A DNA stretch of 44,553 nt from Rhodospirillaceae bacterium UBA4479. Lineage in GTDB: Bacteria > Pseudomonadota > Alphaproteobacteria > Rhodospirillales > Casp-alpha2. Position numbers and translations under genes: made by a program. Below, piece by piece: positions 36,183 through 44,553 of the stretch. Every line of letters begins with the position of its first letter. Position 1 is the stretch's first letter. The DNA lies in the NCBI GenBank assembly GCA_002389175.1, contig DGNZ01000424.1, positions 1-44,553 of the forward strand, written 5' to 3'. Under the pieces are notes generated by a model that had not been told where the DNA came from, ran no database searches, and saw only the letters and a list, made by a program, of their open reading frames with translations.

Positions 36183-36620
36183 TTAGTCAAAAATAGTGTT
36201 CGCCAAAAAAATACTTCTCAGCATTTTAATTGGCGTTGATGTGCCATCGAGCACATTTGAAACCTCGCCACCGCTTAAATTGATGAAATCGGGTAAATAA
36301 CCAACTTCTGATTGTTTCACCATCCGAAACCCCATGAACCATTCAGAAAAGAGCCTCTCCTCGCCTTCTAAATCGAGCAGTTTAGCTAAACTATGATGCC
36401 GGCTGTCACGACTAATTCGTTCATAAGTCGCGCTCACAGTATCCGCATCGCCCTCAAGGATTTGAATGATGGTGCCATTGGGAAGGCAAGCCAGAAAACC
36501 GGTGACGCCATCACGCTTATTGTTTTTGCGCGCAACAGCCAAAATATCCTCGCAAACCGCAGTCGTCAGGGCCCCGATAGATTGGCTTATATAGAGAATT
36601 TGTTGCACGTGATTAGTCAT
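36183..36620 (-). CDS. Stand-alone BLUF blue-light photoreceptor 2
   Basis: ILYIS, ARKNN, VTGFL, QILEG, DSRH and FSEWFMGF. Confidence 0.92.
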   Translation of the reverse strand: MTNHVQQILYISQSIGALTTAVCEDILAVARKNNKRDGVTGFLACLPNGTIIQILEGDADTVSATYERISRDSRHHSLAKLLDLEGEERLFSEWFMGFRMVKQSEVGYLPDFINLSGGEVSNVLDGTSTPIKMLRSIFLANTIFD

Positions 36621-36709
36621 TCGAAATTCACCCGTTGATTGAGGTAAACTGAACACCTATGCGACGTTTTGTATCTACGTATTATACACAATTACAACTT
36701 CAGGCTGTT

Positions 36710-39115
36710 CTATCCGCGCAGCAGACCGCCCGTTGATTTTTCGACAGCGCCGATGATTTTTTGTGAAATCGCCTCGATCTCCTCATCGGTCATCGTTTTT
36801 TCTGTCGGTTGAAGTGTGACGGTGATCGCGACGGATTTTTTGTTCTCGCCCAACGCTTCACCGACGAACACATCAAATAGACGAACGCCATCGATTAAGG
36901 ATTTCTCGGCACTCTTGGCGGCCTGCAGGATTTTCGCTGCTGCCACATCGCTATCAACAACAAACGCGAAATCCCGGTCAATCGGCTGGAATGCTGACAA
37001 CTGAATAAGCGATCGTGCAGCAGATTTCTTTTTAGGGGCTGGGACGGCATCGGGATAAACCTCAAATGCGACCACTGGACCTTTGACGCCGAGCGCATTT
37101 AGGACACGTGGATTGATCTCGCCAAATCGAGCCAAAGTATTTTTTGGACCCAATCGTAATTCGCCAGACCGCCCCGGATGATAATAAGACTGCACGTCGG
37201 TAAAGACCTGCAACTTATCGACCGGCGCACCAATCGCCCCCAAGACAGCCATTGCATCCGCCTTGGCAGTGAACGCATCAACAGCTACAGCCGGGCCCGA
37301 CCATTGCTTGGGCGATGCCAAGCCTGTGCGGATACCCGCAGCCACGATCCGCTGATCATCAATACCATCACCGTGATATTCAGGACCGACTTCGAACAGA
37401 TCAGCATTCGCAAATCCACGGTCCGCATTTCGACCCGCAGCGCGGATCAAATTACCAAGCGGCGTGGGCCGCATGACGGACAATTCTGAACTGATCGGAT
37501 TAACAATCCGCGTGCCATCATCAATGTCGGTAAACAATGCCGCTTCTTTGTCATCCATGAACGAATAAGTCACCGCCTCAACCATGCCGCGCGCCGCCAG
37601 AATCCGCCGTGCGATGGCGCGACGTTTTTGGTTCTCGTTCAATGCAGGTTTCGGCAACGTGGTTTCACGCGGCAACGGGGTCGCCGGAATATTATCAAAG
37701 CCGTTGATACGGATGATCTCTTCGACGATACAGGCTTCGTGCACGATATCGCTACGCCATGTTGGCACAGCGACATTCCACGTATCCCCATCACCGGAAA
37801 CATCGAACCCAAGAACAGCCAAAATGCGCTCCATTTCGCCGCGCACAATTTCGACACCCGCCAGACCACGCACCCGCTCTGGCCGGAACGTAATCGATTT
37901 TGCAGTGTCCGGCTGCGCACCCGCCACGACGATGTTTGATGGCTCACCCCCGCATAGATCAAGGATCAAGCGCGTGCCAATTTCCATACCGTTCTCTAAG
38001 AACGCTGGATCAATACCGCGCTCAAACCGGTAGCGCGCATCGGATTGCAAATTCAATTTGCGACCCGTCATCGCGGTGCGAACCGCATCGAAGTACGCCG
38101 CTTCGACGAAGACATTTACGGTATCTGCCGTGACACCTGAAACCTCGCCACCCATGACACCGCCCAATGCTTCGGGTCCGTTGTCATCGGCGATGACGAC
38201 CATTTGGTCATCCAAGGTGTATTCTTTTTCATTCAACGCCAACAGCGTCTCGCCATTGGTTGCCATGCGGACCCGCAAATCACCTGAGACTTTGTCGGCA
38301 TCAAAAACGTGCAACGGACGATTGAGATCAAACGTCAGCAAGTTGGTGATATCGACCAGCGCCGATATGGGGCGCAGACCAATCGACAGCAATTTTTCCT
38401 TAAGCCACGTCGGGCTTTCGCCATTGGTGACACCCTTGATCAAGCGCCCCACAAAATACGGGCACGCATCTGCGGCGTCATCGGCGAAATCGAGCGTCAC
38501 ATTGATATGGCTATCGAATAAACCCGGAACGGGTCCATTGGCCAATGGTTTTAACGAGCCGATACCAGCTGCCGCCAAGTCACGCGCCACGCCACGAACG
38601 CCCAGGCAATCGCCCCGGTTCGGGGTGATCGCAATTTCGATGATCGGATCATCCAGGCCCATGACTTCGATCGCCGGGAGGCCTATTTTAGTATCTTCTG
38701 GCAGATCGACGATACCGTCGTGTTCTTCGGAAATGCCCATCTCGCGTTCGGACAACAGCATGCCGTTGGACAACACACCGCGAATTTCAGTTGGCTTTAA
38801 CGTGATATCAGTACCGGGGATGTACGATCCACCGGGCGCGAACACGCCAACCAGTCCGGTCCGTGCATTCGGGGCACCGCAGACCAGTTCAACGATTTCA
38901 CCATTGCCGGGATCGACCTTGCAGACGCGCAGCCGGTCCGCATTTGGATGCTGGGTTGCTTCGATCACGCGTGCGGTGACGAACGTTTCCAATCCTTGGG
39001 ATCGATCATCAACGCCTTCGATCTCTAAGCCGACCATGGTCAGTGTATCGGTAATTTCCTGCAACGACGCGGTGGTGTCCAAATGCTCTTTGAGCCAGCT
39101 TAAGGTGAATTTCAT
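36710..39115 (-). CDS. pheT: Phenylalanyl-tRNA synthetase beta subunit
   Basis: [33 protein letters not shown] and a C-terminal RDFAF. Confidence 0.98.
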   Translation of the reverse strand: MKFTLSWLKEHLDTTASLQEITDTLTMVGLEIEGVDDRSQGLETFVTARVIEATQHPNADRLRVCKVDPGNGEIVELVCGAPNARTGLVGVFAPGGSYIPGTDITLKPTEIRGVLSNGMLLSEREMGISEEHDGIVDLPEDTKIGLPAIEVMGLDDPIIEIAITPNRGDCLGVRGVARDLAAAGIGSLKPLANGPVPGLFDSHINVTLDFADDAADACPYFVGRLIKGVTNGESPTWLKEKLLSIGLRPISALVDITNLLTFDLNRPLHVFDADKVSGDLRVRMATNGETLLALNEKEYTLDDQMVVIADDNGPEALGGVMGGEVSGVTADTVNVFVEAAYFDAVRTAMTGRKLNLQSDARYRFERGIDPAFLENGMEIGTRLILDLCGGEPSNIVVAGAQPDTAKSITFRPERVRGLAGVEIVRGEMERILAVLGFDVSGDGDTWNVAVPTWRSDIVHEACIVEEIIRINGFDNIPATPLPRETTLPKPALNENQKRRAIARRILAARGMVEAVTYSFMDDKEAALFTDIDDGTRIVNPISSELSVMRPTPLGNLIRAAGRNADRGFANADLFEVGPEYHGDGIDDQRIVAAGIRTGLASPKQWSGPAVAVDAFTAKADAMAVLGAIGAPVDKLQVFTDVQSYYHPGRSGELRLGPKNTLARFGEINPRVLNALGVKGPVVAFEVYPDAVPAPKKKSAARSLIQLSAFQPIDRDFAFVVDSDVAAAKILQAAKSAEKSLIDGVRLFDVFVGEALGENKKSVAITVTLQPTEKTMTDEEIEAISQKIIGAVEKSTGGLLRG

Positions 39116-40185
39116 CGGACCAATCCCCCGACCATGCCGGGCACTTCGAGTGATCTGAACCCGTAATGGCGCAACCAGCGCAGATCGCTTTCAAAGAATG
39201 TCCGCAAATCAGGAATGCCGTATTTCAGCATCGCCACGCGTTCGACACCCAGACCAAAGGCAAAACCCTGGTATTCATTGGGATCGATTCCGCAGTTCGA
39301 CAGCACGTTTGGATTGACCATGCCGGAACCCAAAATCTCTAACCAGTCATCGCCGTGCCCGATCTTGAATTCGCCGCCTTCGCGGGTGCAGCCGATATCA
39401 ACTTCGGCGCTGGGTTCGGTGAACGGAAAATAGCTGGGACGGAACCGTACCGGCAGATCATCGACTTCGAAAAACGCACGGCAGAATTCGATCAAACACC
39501 CTTTGAGGTGCCCCATATGAGATGTCTTGTCGATCACCAAACCTTCGACCTGATGGAACATCGGCGAATGGGTCGCGTCATAATCTGAACGATACGTGCG
39601 GCCGGGCACGATGATGCGGATCGGCGGTTCCTGATCCGTCATGGTGCGAATTTGCACAGGGCTTGTGTGGGTGCGCAGAACCTTACGTTTGCCATCTTCG
39701 CCGGGCATATAGAACGTGTCGTGTTCTTGGCGCGCCGGGTGGTCGAGCGGAATGTTCAGCGCTGTGAAATTGTGCCAGTCATCTTCGATATCGGGGCCTT
39801 CGGCAACCGTGAAGCCCATCTCGCCAAAAATACCAACGATTTCGTCGATGGTTTGGCTGATCGGATGCACATAGCCCGTTTCTTCGTGGGCTGCCGGCAA
39901 CGTGACGTCGATTTGTTCGGACATCAGACGCTTATCAAGATCAGCATCCGCCATGGCGGCTTTTTTGACATCGATGGCGGATGACACTTCACCCTTCAGG
40001 ACGTTGAGCGCCTGGCCAGCGGCTTTGCGCTCTTCAGGGGCCATTTGACCCAAGCCCTTCATCAGCTCGGTGATCCGACCTTTTTTTCCAAGCGCGGAGA
40101 TCCGTAGTTCTTCTAGCGCCTCGGTCGAGTTCGCGGCTTCTACGTCTTTGAGAAGTGCGTCGCGTAGCTGATCCGGTGTTTCCAT
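39112..40185 (-). CDS. pheS: Phenylalanyl-tRNA synthetase alpha subunit
   Basis: [26 protein letters not shown] and GFAFGLG. RBS GAGG before ATG 40185. Confidence 0.98.
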   Translation of the reverse strand: METPDQLRDALLKDVEAANSTEALEELRISALGKKGRITELMKGLGQMAPEERKAAGQALNVLKGEVSSAIDVKKAAMADADLDKRLMSEQIDVTLPAAHEETGYVHPISQTIDEIVGIFGEMGFTVAEGPDIEDDWHNFTALNIPLDHPARQEHDTFYMPGEDGKRKVLRTHTSPVQIRTMTDQEPPIRIIVPGRTYRSDYDATHSPMFHQVEGLVIDKTSHMGHLKGCLIEFCRAFFEVDDLPVRFRPSYFPFTEPSAEVDIGCTREGGEFKIGHGDDWLEILGSGMVNPNVLSNCGIDPNEYQGFAFGLGVERVAMLKYGIPDLRTFFESDLRWLRHYGFRSLEVPGMVGGLVR

Positions 40186-40225
40186 GACATCCTCGTTCTG
40201 TAACGTGTCATCCGATGTATCGCTT

Positions 40226-40268
40226 AAAAAGACGAACGGGAGCAACGCCCAAGGCGCTACTCCCGTTC
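40226..40268 (-). terminator. Intrinsic terminator between rplT and pheS
   Basis: Stem GAACGGGAG...CTCCCGTTC followed on the minus strand by GTCTTTTT. Confidence 0.6.
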
Positions 40269-40305
40269 CAAAGCTTATTTAGACCCCAATAATGGGGGGC
40301 AGCGA

Positions 40306-40671
40306 TTAAGCGTTCTGGCTGAGAGCGGCCTGGGCCTGATCTACCAATGCTTTAAATGCTGCAGGTTCGTTCATCGCAAGGTCAGCGAGGATTTTACGAT
40401 CCAGCTCAACGCCTGCTTTGGTCAAACCATTCATGAATTGCGAATAGCTCACACCGTATTCACGTGCGCCTGCGTTGATCCGCTGAATCCAAAGACGGCG
40501 GAACTGGCGCTTCTTGGTGCGGCGGTCACGGTATGCATACTGCAGACCCTTTTCGACGCGTTCAATTGCGATACGGAAGTTAGTGCTACTACGACCCCGA
40601 TAACCCTTAGCGAGTTTCAGAACCTTTTTATGACGTGCGTGGGACGTTGTGCCCCGAGATACTCGTGCCAT
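40306..40671 (-). CDS. rplT: 50S ribosomal protein L20
   Basis: [24 protein letters not shown] and [10 protein letters not shown]. Confidence 0.98.
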   Translation of the reverse strand: MARVSRGTTSHARHKKVLKLAKGYRGRSSTNFRIAIERVEKGLQYAYRDRRTKKRQFRRLWIQRINAGAREYGVSYSQFMNGLTKAGVELDRKILADLAMNEPAAFKALVDQAQAALSQNA

Positions 40672-40689
40672 TTTACTGTCTCCTCAGGG

Positions 40690-40887
40690 TCAGGCGTTCG
40701 GCATATAAGATTTGACGATCCGTGCGTCCGGTGCGGACAGGATCATACCGCCGCGGGCGTTCCGCTTCGTCTTATTTGACCGTTTGCGCAGGTTATGCCG
40801 TTTGAAAGCATTAAAGGCTTTAACTTTGCCAGTACCCGTGAGTTTAAAGCGCTTCTTGGCGCTCGATTTCGTCTTCAGTTTGGGCAT
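40690..40887 (-). CDS. rpmI: 50S ribosomal protein L35
   Basis: [23 protein letters not shown]. Confidence 0.98.
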   Translation of the reverse strand: MPKLKTKSSAKKRFKLTGTGKVKAFNAFKRHNLRKRSNKTKRNARGGMILSAPDARIVKSYMPNA

Positions 40888-41142
40888 TTCCCTCTTCCTT
40901 ATATCTATATCGTCGGTCGTGAAGATCGCACCGACTTCGTTTCATGGGTTCAAACGCATAAGGCATGCCCTTTTAGCCATTGCGTTCGGCTGCGTATAAG
41001 CAGCGCGCGGGTTATAGCGAGCCTGCCCTAAGATGGCAAGACATGGATAAACACCAAAACAACCGGATGTGGACTTCACGTATTCTAATTGTGAACACAA
41101 TGGGTGTACGGTGCACATATACTAAACTAAAGGTCGCACGCG

Positions 41143-42914
41143 ATGTCAGTATTTTTATTGTTTTTATCCGACAATCTGACGGCACTGGTTGCCAACGTTG
41201 GTGCGTTAGCGATCATCGCGTGGGTGATTTCGATCTATAGCCACAAAGCAATGACAACTGCGGATGGCAAACCGCAGATTAATCCATGGCTGGTTGGCAT
41301 CGGCATGGGCATTACAGCATCACTGCTGATGTTTATTCCTGTCGAGTTGTTCCCTGGGGCATTTGCAGATGGACGTGGTGGACCCATACTATTGTCCGGG
41401 ATCATTGGTGGACCGATTGCGGCATTGACCACTGGGATAATTGCTGGCGTATGTCGCTTCTATATCGGCGGTGCTGGCATCATTACAGGTCCAACGTATA
41501 TCGCCATTTTTACCCTGATTGGCCTTGCCTATTGGTACGTTGAGAGAAAGCTTGAGGCCCCGAGACTGAACATTAGCCGGTTATTTGTATTGGCAACTGC
41601 AGCAACAATTCTCAGCATGCCAGCGGTACTGTTCATTCCTGCAGATATGCAGTTTGCCGTTTTAAAGAAGCTTTGGCCCATTTTGTGGGTCTCAAACGTC
41701 ATCGGCACCATCATTTTGGGCACATTGTTGGTGCGTGAACGCGAGCGCATGAAGAATGAGTATGAGCTTGCGGTACAGTTTGAGCGCGCAGAACAAGCCA
41801 CCGTCGCCAAATCACGCTTTATCGCCGCGATGTCCCATGAAATCAGAACCCCTTTGAATGCTGTCCTTGGCATCCTTCAACTGCTCGATACGGACGAAGT
41901 ATCTGGGAAAGTCCGTGAAAAGCTAAAAGTCGCGCACGATAGCGGCCGGTTCTTGTTATCGCTGATCAATCAAGTGCTCGATTTCGCGCGCATCGAAGCA
42001 AATGCGATTGAACCCACCAAAGACACTTTCACGCTGTCGTCGCTGATCGATAGTCTCAGCTCTATTTTGATACGCAGGCGAATGCCAAAGGCCTGAAATT
42101 CGGATACATCATCGAAGGCGATGCGCAAAAGCCCCTTGTTGGCTCATTCGCGCATATCCAACAGATTTTGTTCAATTTCCTTGGGAACGCCGTCAAATTA
42201 GCAGACGAAGGCAGCATCACCCTTCGCGCCAGCCTGTCTGAAAACAAAGACGGTACCATAGTAGCGCATTTGTCCGTTACCGATACGGGTGCTGGGATGA
42301 CAGAAGCTGAAACAGCCTTGATTTTTGAAGAATTCGGCCAAGTCGGGTTTCAGTCCAAAAAAGCCGCAGGCACGGGACTTGGCCTTAGTATTTCCAAATC
42401 ACTCGCCATTTCCATGGGTGCGGATATCGGTGTCGAAACGACCCTTGGTGAAGGGGCAACATTCACGCTTGATGTGCCCTTACAACCTGGCGAGAAGAGC
42501 GATCTCATCTCTCAAGGAACCGTCGAAACACCCAGCCATAGTTTGAATATTCTGGTCGCCGAAGATAACGACATCAATCAGATGATTATTAGGGCCATGT
42601 TGAAAAAAGATAACCATATCGTCACGTTGGTTGATAATGGGGCCAAAGCAGTTCAGGCCGTCCACGATAGTGAAACTCCCTTTGATCTGATTTTGATGGA
42701 TATCCAAATGCCTGTCATGGATGGCAAAGAAGCCACCCGGCGACTCCGCGAGATTGAACCATGTGGCAATAAGCTTCCCATTGTTGCCGTGACCGCCAAC
42801 GCCTTTAGCGATCAACGCAGCGAATACCTGGATGCGGGCATGCAGGACGTGGTGATTAAACCCATCGATTCCAACAAGCTTCAATCTGCAATCAAAAACG
42901 TCGTTTCAACCTAA
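41143..42914 (+). pseudogene. Hybrid sensor histidine kinase/response regulator with a 5TM-5TMR_LYT-like sensor, frameshifted near 42065
   Basis: Frame 1 holds the TM sensor and H-box MSHEIRTPLN. Frame 2 continues DTQANAKG...QILFNFLGNAVK, DTGAG, GTGLGL and the receiver LMDIQMP. One extra T in ATTTTG would join the frames. Confidence 0.85.
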
Positions 42915-43014
42915 CCGCATTACAATTTTATCATAGGCCTCAAAACCTCTGGTCACGTCCCGACATTGACGCAACAATGCGCACAACATCGCGAGCGTTT
43001 TACCGGAGGATTGA

Positions 43015-44334
43015 ATGGACGACGAATGGTACGCCCCTGATCGAATCGCCGATCTTGTCCTTGATGTCGTAACCCGAGTTTCATTTTACGAACAGATTGC
43101 TGCCGTCCTACTGACGCTCGTTGGCGCATGGGTCCTGTCCCGTGCCATTCAAAGAAAATTAGATTCTGTGAGCAGCCCCACCGAGGGCGAGGATGCACCT
43201 AACCGTATCCGCGACCGGGTCTACAACGTGACCAATCAGGTCCGTGATCTTTTGTTCCCGGGATTAAGTGCGCTATTGCTGGGGATCACGGTGGCTGTCA
43301 CCGGAGAGTTCTTTGACCAAACCTGGCTGGTGAGATTAGTCCAGGGTGCCAATTTCCTCAGCCTGATTTACATGATCGTGACTCGCACAAATCCCCGAGA
43401 ATATGTGCGCCATTTTATGGTTTTCGTAATGGTGCCCATCGTCATCCTGTATGGCTTGGGATTGCTCGACAATATTACGCGCTCGCTTGATGCGATTAGT
43501 TTTGAGTTCGGCAGCATCAACTTCACCTTATACGGTGCAATGCGCACAGCGGTATTTGCTGTTGTTTTATTTTGGCTCGGGCGGTTTTCCAACGCCACAG
43601 GCCAAGAAATCATCCGCAATCGCGTCAAACTGGATGACACCAATCGTGAATTGGCACTTAAGTCCTTTCAAATCGCCCTGTTTGTTCTGATCGCGCTGGT
43701 ATTTTTACAAATTGCTGGGATCGATTTGACCGCCCTTGTCGTGTTTGGTGGGGCCATTGGTGTTGGTTTGGGCTTCGGCCTTCAACAGATCGCATCCAAT
43801 TTCATTTCAGGAATCATCATCTTGTTGGATCGCACCTTGGCGATCGGTGATTTCATAGAGCTCGAGGACGGGCGCTCGGGCACGCTCCGCGAACTCAGTA
43901 TGCGGTCCGCAACGCTTGAGACCTATGACGGCAAGGATATCATGGTCCCGAACGAGAGGTTTATTACGACCGCCTTCACCAACTGGACACACAACAACGA
44001 CAAGCAACGCTATCCGATTGTGCTCGAAGTTGCCTACGGTACTGATATTGAAAAGCTATTCGATATCCTTCGCGAAGTTGTCGCTTCACATCCTTCGGTT
44101 CTCAGCGGTGACGAATTCCCCATCGAAGAGCGCCCCGATGCCGAGATTCAGGCTTTCAATGACAGTGGAATCGAAATCTTGGTTGAATTCTGGATGCGCG
44201 GCATCGACGACGGTAAAAACCGGGTCGGCGGCGATTTATTGCTGATGATCTGGACAGCGTTGCGTGAACACGACATCGAAATTCCGTTCCCACAAACCGA
44301 AGTTCGTTTGCTGGAACCCAAGATCAAACGATAA
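43015..44334 (+). CDS. Small-conductance mechanosensitive channel (MscS family)
   Basis: GAIGVGLGFGLQQIASNFISGIIILL, VPN and IEIPFPQ. Confidence 0.93.
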   Translation: MDDEWYAPDRIADLVLDVVTRVSFYEQIAAVLLTLVGAWVLSRAIQRKLDSVSSPTEGEDAPNRIRDRVYNVTNQVRDLLFPGLSALLLGITVAVTGEFFDQTWLVRLVQGANFLSLIYMIVTRTNPREYVRHFMVFVMVPIVILYGLGLLDNITRSLDAISFEFGSINFTLYGAMRTAVFAVVLFWLGRFSNATGQEIIRNRVKLDDTNRELALKSFQIALFVLIALVFLQIAGIDLTALVVFGGAIGVGLGFGLQQIASNFISGIIILLDRTLAIGDFIELEDGRSGTLRELSMRSATLETYDGKDIMVPNERFITTAFTNWTHNNDKQRYPIVLEVAYGTDIEKLFDILREVVASHPSVLSGDEFPIEERPDAEIQAFNDSGIEILVEFWMRGIDDGKNRVGGDLLLMIWTALREHDIEIPFPQTEVRLLEPKIKR

Positions 44335-44360
44335 ACGGGCCACCCAAAGGCAGCCCGTTT
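44333..44360. terminator. Hairpin terminator between the convergent MscS-family gene and infC
   Basis: AAACGGGC...GCCCGTTT stem. Confidence 0.65.
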
Positions 44361-44415
44361 AAATCTTTATCAATTCGAAAACTGATGTATCGCGATGATC
44401 ACCACAGCCAGCGCG

Positions 44416-44553
44416 TTAGCGCGGTGCGATCACCATCGTCATCAAACGTCCTTCGGGTCGAGGATGCTGTTCGACCTTGGCAAGCTCTTCAACCTCTGCT
44501 TGGACGCGTTGAAGCACTTTCAGACCTAGATCCTGGTGTGCCATTTCACGGCC
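44416..44553 (-). CDS. infC: Translation initiation factor IF-3, C-terminal part (runs off window)
   Basis: [10 protein letters not shown]...[20 protein letters not shown]. Confidence 0.93.
   Translation of the reverse strand, partial: GREMAHQDLGLKVLQRVQAEVEELAKVEQHPRPEGRLMTMVIAPR

Noticed and set aside
38058-39158. 366-aa plus-strand ORF (and similar long shadows such as 26974-27705, 30074-30718 and 31273-31989)
   Set aside because: Antisense shadows of well-supported genes caused by codon bias, with no motifs.
40186-40305. pheM-like Phe attenuator before pheS
   Set aside because: A terminator hairpin is present, but I found no Phe-rich leader peptide upstream of it.

Overview
Chromosomal window from a moderately GC-rich alphaproteobacterium (Rhodospirillales-like, judged from gene content and style only). 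It ends in the housekeeping block infC ... rpmI-rplT-pheS-pheT. Most of it is ordinary metabolism, but three areas stand out. (1) A decayed island directly downstream of tRNA-Arg(CCT), about 4.3-7.4 kb. Degenerate ~75-135 bp multi-palindrome repeats (GTCCGCTT/AAGCRGAC type) sit against the stop codons of neighbouring genes and a serine-recombinase remnant, an integron-like cassette layout. Several 5'-truncated gene fragments follow (Hpt, recombinase, Crp HTH, GcvT, ABC ATPase). (2) An inositol cluster: a fused myo-inositol-phosphate synthase/nucleotidyltransferase, two CDP-alcohol phosphotransferases and an LPG_synthase_TM protein, suggesting CDP-inositol-dependent lipid or solute synthesis. 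(3) A light/cyclic-nucleotide module: two tandem membrane class III cyclases with non-canonical base-specifying residues, separated by a CRP-type box and convergent on two stand-alone BLUF proteins, one of which needs a non-canonical start. Also present are an FeS (6-4) photolyase and a DUF2256 gene with twin RpoE-like promoters, a GntR-controlled hydroxy-acid/glyoxylate cluster and a frameshifted hybrid kinase. All calls come from motif recognition by eye; no database searches were run.
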